Assembly (NCBI GenBank): GCA_037446095.1
Contig: JBBIJG010000002.1
Coordinates: forward strand, 1 to 40,896
Origin: Caldilineae bacterium
GTDB taxonomy: Bacteria > Chloroflexota > Anaerolineae > E26-bin7
Length of the DNA stretch: 40,896 bases
Direction of reading: 5' to 3'
Positions 19,295-25,217 of this stretch are shown here, piece after piece; position 1 is the first letter of the stretch; every line of letters begins with the position of its first letter. Under the pieces are notes generated by a model, which was not told where the DNA came from, ran no database searches, and saw only the letters and a list, made by a program, of their open reading frames with translations. A program made the position numbers and the translations under genes.

Positions 19295-20302
19295 ATGAAG
19301 AGAGTGCTACTGATCGGCGGGAGCGGGACGTTGGGTTCCAACATCGTGGTCTCAGTGGATCACAAATCGCTCCCGCTGGTCCTTCGTTTCACTCAGGATG
19401 GCAATTTGCAATCCAGCGACCAGGCGGCGGATTGCAAATCCGCCGCGAGCACAAAATTTGAGCTGTACCCGACCTACCTGCGGAACCGCATCGCCCATCC
19501 CAGGGCGTTGCAACTGGACATCACCGATCGGGACGGTGTGCTGAAACGAGTGGAGGCCATCCGGCCGGAGGCCATTGTCCACGCTGGTGGGATGACCAAA
19601 CCGACAGCCTGCGAGAAAGAGCCAGCCCTGGCCCATCGGGTCAACGTGGAGGGCACGGCCCACCTGGTCGAGGCGGCCAGAGGCATTGGGGCGCGCTTCA
19701 TTTTCCTTTCCTCGGACCTGGTCTTCGACGGGAGGGCCGAGCGCTACGACGAGGCCAGCCCCACCAGCCCTCTATCTGTCTATGGCCGCACCAAAGTCGA
19801 GGGGGAGGAGCTGGTCCGCGCCGGAAGCGACGATTTCGCCATCGTCCGCACCACGGTGATGTACGGCTGGAGCTCTCGCTACACCGAAAGCATGGCCGAA
19901 TGGATCCTGCGCGGGCTGCAAGAGGGTCACGAACTGAACATGTACCACGATCAATACCGCCAGTTCATCTTCATCAACGACCTGGTGGCAGTTATCCTGG
20001 AGCTAATCCAGAGGGAAGCTTCTCTGAATGAAACCATCCTCGTGGCCGGGCCTGAGCTGATCAGCCGGTACGAATTCGCCCAAAGACTGGCGCTGACCTT
20101 TGGGCTGCCGCGAGCGAGCATTCGCCCTCTGTCCTTTGACAGCACCCCTCAGGTGGCCTTCACCCCCAAGCGCCTGTGCCTCGACACCGGCAAGGCTGCT
20201 CGCATCCTCAAGACCCCCCTGCGCGGCATTGACGATGGCCTGCGGGCTATGGTCACCCTGGCCGAGGAAGGCTACCGGGCACGATTCGGCTGTTTCTTCT
20301 AG
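19295..20302 (+). CDS. RmlD-like NAD(P)-dependent sugar reductase/epimerase (SDR fold) with ~35-aa insertion after the Gly-rich loop
   Basis: GGSGTLGS dinucleotide loop, SSDLVFDG, and YGRTKVEGE (YxxxK), as in dTDP-4-dehydrorhamnose reductases. The segment between the Gly loop and LDITD is about 35 aa longer than usual. Confidence 0.8.
   Translation: MKRVLLIGGSGTLGSNIVVSVDHKSLPLVLRFTQDGNLQSSDQAADCKSAASTKFELYPTYLRNRIAHPRALQLDITDRDGVLKRVEAIRPEAIVHAGGMTKPTACEKEPALAHRVNVEGTAHLVEAARGIGARFIFLSSDLVFDGRAERYDEASPTSPLSVYGRTKVEGEELVRAGSDDFAIVRTTVMYGWSSRYTESMAEWILRGLQEGHELNMYHDQYRQFIFINDLVAVILELIQREASLNETILVAGPELISRYEFAQRLALTFGLPRASIRPLSFDSTPQVAFTPKRLCLDTGKAARILKTPLRGIDDGLRAMVTLAEEGYRARFGCFF
19424..19446. 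repeat. GGATT-GCA-AATCC family hairpin (10-bp stem) inside the RmlD-like CDS
   Basis: GCGGCGGATT GCA AATCCGCCGC. A half-related core, CAATTTGCAATCC, lies 25 nt upstream (19399-19411). Confidence 0.65.
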
Positions 20303-20333
20303 CGAAGCTCCGCCTCAAACCACGAGTAAAATA

Positions 20334-20399
20334 GGACACGGATCAACACGGATGAAATGGGAATAACCGATCAGTGTCTTTCCGTGTTCGTCCGTGTCC
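20334..20399. repeat. Long imperfect inverted repeat (19-nt arms, 28-nt loop) just downstream of the RmlD-like gene
   Basis: GGACACGGATCAACACGGA ... TCCGTGTTCGTCCGTGTCC gives 9+8 bp separated by a 2-nt mismatch. The arms contain the internal direct repeat CACGGA. No T tract follows. Confidence 0.5.
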
Positions 20400-20431
20400 C
20401 AAATCTTGACGTAACTGCTCACCCTGCTCGA

Positions 20432-20450
20432 CTTGGATTTGCAATCCAAG
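20432..20450. repeat. GGATT-TGC-AATCC family hairpin (8-bp stem), intergenic
   Basis: CTTGGATT TGC AATCCAAG. Confidence 0.65.
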
Positions 20451-20492
20451 CCCCAAACACCCCAATCCGCTCAAATTCTGCCCGTTTTCCCG

Positions 20493-20509
20493 CTGGATTA
20501 CAAATCCAG
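20493..20509. repeat. GGATT-ACA-AATCC family hairpin (7-bp stem), intergenic
   Basis: CTGGATT ACA AATCCAG. Its reverse complement, ATTTGTAATCCAGCG, matches ATTTGCAATCCAGCG at 19401-19415 (14 of 15). Confidence 0.6.
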
Positions 20510-20713
20510 TGGAAGCGGCTGAGTAGCTTGGCAATGTCAGATTAAACATTTGTTCTGTGGTTTTGCTGTCGGATGCACTTGCTGAGTTGCCAGCGATCTA
20601 CGCATGACTGTCCGGCTGCTATGAACCGTCACACTGGCCTAAACAACACATTTATGGTATATATAGCAGCATGGACACGAAATCTGAGGTGACCCCCCGG
20701 GTCAACATCTGGA

Positions 20714-21132
20714 TTGATGGCGAGCTTGCCCCAACGTTGGTTTGAAGAGGCGTATGCCGAACGGCGTAAGAAGGTCGGCCTACCTGATACACGCACCTTC
20801 CAAACCAAACCGCAATTGGCTTGGCAGATCATCCAACGGGCTCAAGCCAATCAGTTCCCTTTGTGGCCGTTGACATGGACGACTGGTATGGGCGCAATGC
20901 TCCTCTGCGGCAACGCCTGGACGCAGCAGGCATTGAGTACTACGGTGACGTCCTGGCCAACACCGTGGTCTACTTGGATAAGCCCAAGATCGTCTACCCC
21001 AAGACCAAACGAGGGAAACGCTCGAAGCGCCCCCAAATCAGCGCCACACAAAGGAAGTGCGGGAACTGCTCCATCACCCCAGTCTGGAGCGGGCCGCCGG
21101 TAGTGAACCCCAAAAACTGGACACATCCGTAA
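20714..21132 (+). pseudogene. Frameshifted internal fragment of an IS701-like DDE transposase
   Basis: Two overlapping frames read LPQRWFEEAYAERRKKVGLPDTRTFQTKPQLAWQIIQRAQANQFP and VAVDMDDWYGRNAPLRQRLDAAGIEYYGDVLANTVVYL. This is the pattern of the central region of IS701-family transposases. There is no N- or C-terminal part, and the frame switches near 20865. Confidence 0.55.
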
Positions 21133-21174
21133 CCAACATCGGGATCTAGTGTTATCCAGTGTAGGAGGGTTCCA

Positions 21175-21333
21175 ATGACCAAACGACGTGCATTCTCAGC
21201 TCAATTCAAGGCGCAGGTAGCTTTGGCAGCCCTGCGCGAGGACAACAAGCAGGCGGCCCTTTGCCGGGAATACAACCTCAGTCCCGACTTGGTGTCCCGC
21301 TGGCGGCAGCAGCTCGTCGAGCGAGCCCCATAA
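21175..21333 (+). pseudogene. IS3 orfA remnant (HTH part only, 52 codons)
   Basis: MTKRRAFSAQFKAQVALAALREDNKQAALCREYNLSPDLVSRWRQQLVERAP followed by a stop. Full-length OrfA proteins are about twice as long. Confidence 0.7.
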
Positions 21334-21392
21334 CTCTTCGCCACCCACACCAGCAGGTCGGCCGAGCAAGCCCGCATTGAAGAACTGGAGCC

Positions 21393-22202
21393 TACTACCA
21401 ACCCCTGGGGCGAGATGATACCGAGCTCCGGGACATGATGGAACAGATCGCCCTGGAGTTCCCCTGCTACGGCTATCGTCGCATCACAGCCGAACTGCGC
21501 CGGCGGGGGCACGTCGCAAACCACAAACGGGTGCTGCGCATCATGCGCCAAGAGACCCTTTTGGTACAGGTGAAACGCTACGTGCGCACTAACTTCAGCC
21601 GGCATGGGCTGGAACAGTATCCGAATCTGGTCAGGGACCTGGAGCCGGAAGGGCCTGATCACATTTGGTGCGGAGATATCATCTACATCCGCCTGCGTGC
21701 GGAGTCCCTGTACCTGGCAGTGCTGATGGACATCTTCACCCGCGCCATCCGCGGTTGGTATCTGGGCCGCGACCTGACGGAGGAGTTGGTGCGCACAGCC
21801 CTGGAAAGAGCCCTGGCCGCTCATCCCGCCCCGCGTATCCATCATTCCGCTCAAGGGGTCCAGTACGCCGCTCACGGTTATGTGGCCCTCCTGGAGGCCC
21901 ACGGCACACAGATCAGCATGGCCGCCGTCGGGCGCCCGATGGAGAATGCCTATGCCGAACGGCTCATCCGCACCCTGAAAGAAGAGGAGGTGTATCTGAA
22001 CGACTAAGAAGACTACGAAGATGCGTATCGGCGCATTGGCCGCTTTCTGGACGATGTCTACATGACCAAGCGTGTGCACTCAGCGTTGGGCTACTTGACG
22101 CCCGCCGAGTTCGAGGCGCTTCACGAAGGCAGTTGCTTGTTAATGTGCTATGCTGTCGTGCGCACTTTGAAGTTCAGAAAAATCCCTATACCTGCCAAGT
22201 AG
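21393..22202 (+). pseudogene. IS3 orfB (DDE/rve transposase) remnant with an in-frame TAA at 22005
   Basis: YYQPLGRDDTELRDMMEQIALEFPCYGYRRITAELRRRGHVANHKRVLRIM...WCGDIIYI...HSAQGVQYAA...ENAYAERLIRTLKEEEVYLND-stop-EDYEDAYRRIGRFLDDVYMTKRVHSALGYLTPAEFEA. The orfA/orfB junction, including any slippery site, is deleted (IEELE joined directly to YYQP). Confidence 0.75.
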
Positions 22203-22264
22203 CCCGGCCTGCACTTTTACACAAGATTTGACAAACTACCCATGCCTTTAGAAAGGTAAATATT

Positions 22265-22906
22265 ATGAGAAAAAGTGAAATAATAGTCTTGGGGATAACC
22301 CTGTTTTCCTTCATCGTTGGTATCTATTTTTATTTTTATCCCCAGATACCAGAGAAAATGGCTTCGCATTGGAATGCCCAAGGGCAAGTAGATGGTTATA
22401 TGTCAAAGTTCTGGGGATTATTTTTACTACCTCTTATCCTTGCTGGACTTGCTTTACTTTTTGTTGCCATCCCAAGAATGGATCCATTGAAAGCAAACAT
22501 CGAAGAATTTAGAAAATATTATGATGGGTTTATCATCTTGTTTTTAATATTCATGCTTTCCATTTACTTTCAGGTAATCCTATGGAATGTTGGAATTAAA
22601 ATTAGCCCTAATATAATACTCCCTATCGAGCTTGGACTTCTATTTTTCTACATTGGCACCCTTTGTGAAAATGCAAAAAGGAACTGGTTTATCGGGATTA
22701 GAACACCCTGGACATTGAGCAATGAAAGAGTGTGGGAGAAGACTCACAAAATTGGTGGAAAGTTGTTTAAAATTGCTGGGATTGTTGCTTTTGTTGGGAT
22801 ATTCTTCCAGAGTTATGCATTATTTTTCATCCTTGTTCCGGTGATTTTAGTGGCCATTTATACCATTGTTTATTCATACTTTGAATATCAAAAGGAGACA
22901 AAATGA
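22265..22906 (+). CDS. sdpI: SdpI/YhfL-family membrane protein (DUF1648 + SdpI domains), AT-rich foreign gene
   Basis: Motifs PEKMASHWNAQGQVDGYMSKFWG and NWFIGIRTPWTLSNERVWEKTHK, with 6 hydrophobic helices. Codon usage and base composition are strikingly AT-rich compared with the flanks. Confidence 0.8.
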   Translation: MRKSEIIVLGITLFSFIVGIYFYFYPQIPEKMASHWNAQGQVDGYMSKFWGLFLLPLILAGLALLFVAIPRMDPLKANIEEFRKYYDGFIILFLIFMLSIYFQVILWNVGIKISPNIILPIELGLLFFYIGTLCENAKRNWFIGIRTPWTLSNERVWEKTHKIGGKLFKIAGIVAFVGIFFQSYALFFILVPVILVAIYTIVYSYFEYQKETK

Positions 22907-23053
22907 TAGCGGTGCGAATGACGCACTTATAGAAAAAGCCTCATCCAATTTCATTTTTGGATTTTGGTGGGTTGGTTACTTACGCGACGCCACGAGTTCG
23001 CCCAAGCCTCAAGCGCATAAAAAGGCACAGGCTCACCCGCGCAACGCCCACAG

Positions 23054-23082
23054 TTGCCGTTGCTGACATTCTGTGCTATCAT
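23054..23082 (+). promoter_or_regulatory. Possible sigma70-like promoter upstream of the GT2 gene
   Basis: TTGCCG-17 nt-TATCAT with TG at the extended -10 position, about 95 nt upstream of the ATG at 23178. Confidence 0.35.
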
Positions 23083-23177
23083 TAAACCGTTGAAAATGCT
23101 CCTCGAATAATTGCCCGCCAGCTAGGATTTCAAGGCGTGCTCCAGGAAATCGAACGAATCAAACGGGAGAAACCCAG

Positions 23178-24218
23178 ATGACCGTACCCGTGACCGTGAT
23201 CACCACCGTCAAAAACGAGGAGGCAACCATTATCCCCCTTTTGGAGTCGCTGGCCGCCCAAACCCGCCTGCCTGACGAGGTCGTCATTGTGGATGGCGGT
23301 TCCACCGACGACACGGCAGCCCGGATCAAGGCCTTCGCCCAGAACAGCCCTATGCCGGTTCGGCTGCTGGTGTACCCCGGCTGTAATATCTCCCAGGGAC
23401 GCAATGCGGCCATCAAAGCAGCTCATGGGCCGGTCATCGCCAGCACCGACGCCGGCGTCCGGCTGTCGCCCAATTGGCTGGCCTGCCTGACCGCCCCTTT
23501 TGAGGATGGCCACCCACCTGCCGTGGTCAGCGGCTGGTTCGAGCCAGATCCTCAGACCGCCTTTGAAATGGCCATGGGGGCCACCGTGTTGCCCACCCTC
23601 TCCGAGATTGAGCCGGACAAATTCCTCCCCTCCAGCCGGTCGGTGGCCTTCCTCAAAGAAGCCTGGGAAAAGGTCAGGGGCTATCCCGAGTGGCTGGACT
23701 ATTGTGAGGACCTCATTTTCGATTTCCGTCTGCGGGACCTCTATGGCCCCTTCCCCTTCGTACCGGAGGCGCTGGTCTACTTTCGTCCGCGTGGAAGCCT
23801 GCGGGCTTTTTGGTGTCAGTATTTCAACTATGCCCGAGGAGATGGGAAGGCCGACCTGTGGCGTAAGCGCCATCTCATTCGTTATGCCACCTATCTGCTG
23901 GCCACCGGCCTGCTGGCAGCCGGCCTGTTGTCTTCCCCCTGGCTGCTGATCCCTCTGCTGCCCGGCGCCGCGCTGTACCTTTGGACACCCTACCGGCGGC
24001 TTTTCTCCTCACGCCCCAAACCTCCCGCTTCCCTTCGGGAGGCTATCTTCTGGGTACCTGTCATCCGGCTGGTGGGTGATCTGGCCAAAATGGCCGGCTA
24101 TCCCATCGGCCTCCTCTGGCGCTGGCAACACCGGAAGCAGGGCGAGATCCGCTGGAAAAAAGAGCTGCTCTCCAAACCGGGGTCAGCTTCGGCCGGCCCA
24201 TCCAGACTGGCCTTCTGA
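23178..24218 (+). CDS. Family-2 glycosyltransferase with C-terminal membrane segments
   Basis: VTVITTVKNEEATIIPLLESLAAQT...EVVIVDGGSTDDT is a GT-A/GT2 signature. The acidic residue in STDAGV fits the DXD-like position. Hydrophobic C-terminal helices are present. Confidence 0.85.
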   Translation: MTVPVTVITTVKNEEATIIPLLESLAAQTRLPDEVVIVDGGSTDDTAARIKAFAQNSPMPVRLLVYPGCNISQGRNAAIKAAHGPVIASTDAGVRLSPNWLACLTAPFEDGHPPAVVSGWFEPDPQTAFEMAMGATVLPTLSEIEPDKFLPSSRSVAFLKEAWEKVRGYPEWLDYCEDLIFDFRLRDLYGPFPFVPEALVYFRPRGSLRAFWCQYFNYARGDGKADLWRKRHLIRYATYLLATGLLAAGLLSSPWLLIPLLPGAALYLWTPYRRLFSSRPKPPASLREAIFWVPVIRLVGDLAKMAGYPIGLLWRWQHRKQGEIRWKKELLSKPGSASAGPSRLAF

Positions 24219-24600
24219 GTTTTCCATGCTCCCGCGATAACCCTGGAGGAAAGGGGGAGCGGAATATGCTTTACCGAGCATCTGTACCTGGAACGCGAAG
24301 ATGAAAGCTACGGGGTCTTTGAACTGCATGGCCGACCTGGGGGTTGCCCGCCACCGGTTTGGAGACCGCCTTCTGATCTGGGCCTGGCATTGAAATCGGC
24401 TACCAGCCCTGTGAGGTCAATACCTCTTGCCTGCGGCAGGCTCCCAGGGAGCCCTATCCCGGTAGAGGTTATCCGGCGCTAGCGGAAGCTTCGGCTCCGA
24501 TGCCTATCGGGCCTCAGGAGGGGACGGGGTGTCCGGGCAATGATGGAATAGCTGTACCAGGCGAAGCTCATCACTGACTCGGGGGAAAACGGAGGGGGTA

Positions 24601-24846
24601 ATGAATAACGAAGAAAAGCAAGAAAAAGCCAAGAAGCCAAAGCGCAACTGGGGCCAGAGCCAGGCCGGATATCTGGCCGCCCTGGAGGGCAAGCAGGTGA
24701 CCGTGGTCTTCAACGACGGAAAGGCTATAAAAGGCGAGCTGACAGGGGTGGACACTTACGAGATCTTCGTCCGGCAGGCGAATGGCCTGGAGGTGCTGAT
24801 CAGCAAGGGGGCCATCAAGTACCTGCACCCGGCGGTGGCGGAATAG
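24601..24846 (+). CDS. Hfq-like (Sm-fold) RNA chaperone with Lys-rich N-terminal extension
   Basis: GGAGGGGG RBS. YLAALEGKQVTVVFNDGKAIKGELTGVDTYEIFVRQANGLEVLISKGAIKYLHP aligns by eye with the Hfq Sm1/Sm2 core ([47 protein letters not shown]). Confidence 0.6.
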   Translation: MNNEEKQEKAKKPKRNWGQSQAGYLAALEGKQVTVVFNDGKAIKGELTGVDTYEIFVRQANGLEVLISKGAIKYLHPAVAE

Positions 24847-25099
24847 CCGTCACCCCAGGTTATAGCGTGAAGCTCCTATGCCGGACACCGGAGCCAGCCC
24901 GAAGCGGGGGCAGGCTGTCAACAGGCCCCATATGCATCAACGGCGGTTTTGACTGTTGGGGCGCAGGACGCAAAAAAGCCAGCGACCGAGGCCGCGTCTA
25001 GAGGGCCTTTCTAAGGGGACGTCCCAACTCGACCGCGCAGGCGGCCGGTCGGGTGGGGGCGTCCGGCCGGGCGCCCCCACAGCGTGCTCTGGCAGTATT

Positions 25100-25165
25100 A
25101 AGGGCGCTGCAGCGCCCCTGGGCTGCTCAGCCCTGACGTTTACGTCGGGGCCCTTGGGCTCTCAG
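25100..25165 (+). repeat. Three-hairpin intergenic repeat, copy 1
   Basis: AAGGGCGCTGCAGCGCCCCTGGGCTGCTCAGCCCTGACGTTTACGTCGGGGCCCTTGGGCTC. H1 is GGGCGC-TGCA-GCGCCC, H2 is GGGCTG-CT-CAGCCC, and H3 is CCCTGACG-TTTA-CGTCGGGG. H2 and H3 share nucleotides. Confidence 0.65.
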
Positions 25166-25217
25166 GGTGCGAAAAACAGGCTTAACAGGAGCCTGCGAAT
25201 TCCAACGAGCAGAGATT

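Larger units (their letters stand above)
21150..22223 (+). mobile_element. Decayed IS3-family insertion sequence (internal deletion plus nonsense mutation)
   Basis: Contains an orfA remnant and an orfB (rve integrase) remnant. Candidate imperfect terminal inverted repeats are TGTTATCCAGTGTAGG (21150) and CCTGCACTTTTACACA (ends 22223), about 11 of 16 complementary. The ends are tentative. Confidence 0.65.

Noticed and set aside
21333-21435. Programmed -1 frameshift site between IS3 orfA and orfB
   Set aside because: The junction region is deleted (orfA IEELE joined to orfB YYQP), no A-rich slippery heptamer is present, and orfB also has an internal TAA. The element is dead rather than frameshift-regulated.
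21201-22079. 292-aa minus-strand ORF across the IS3 remnant
   Set aside because: It is antisense to an unmistakable rve-type transposase reading frame and has no motifs of its own.
24266-24304. 12-codon ORF MLYRASVPGTRR with an SD-like GGGGGAG upstream, in the leader of the Hfq-like gene
   Set aside because: It is too short and unsupported. There is no recognisable leader-peptide logic, and chance occurrence is likely.
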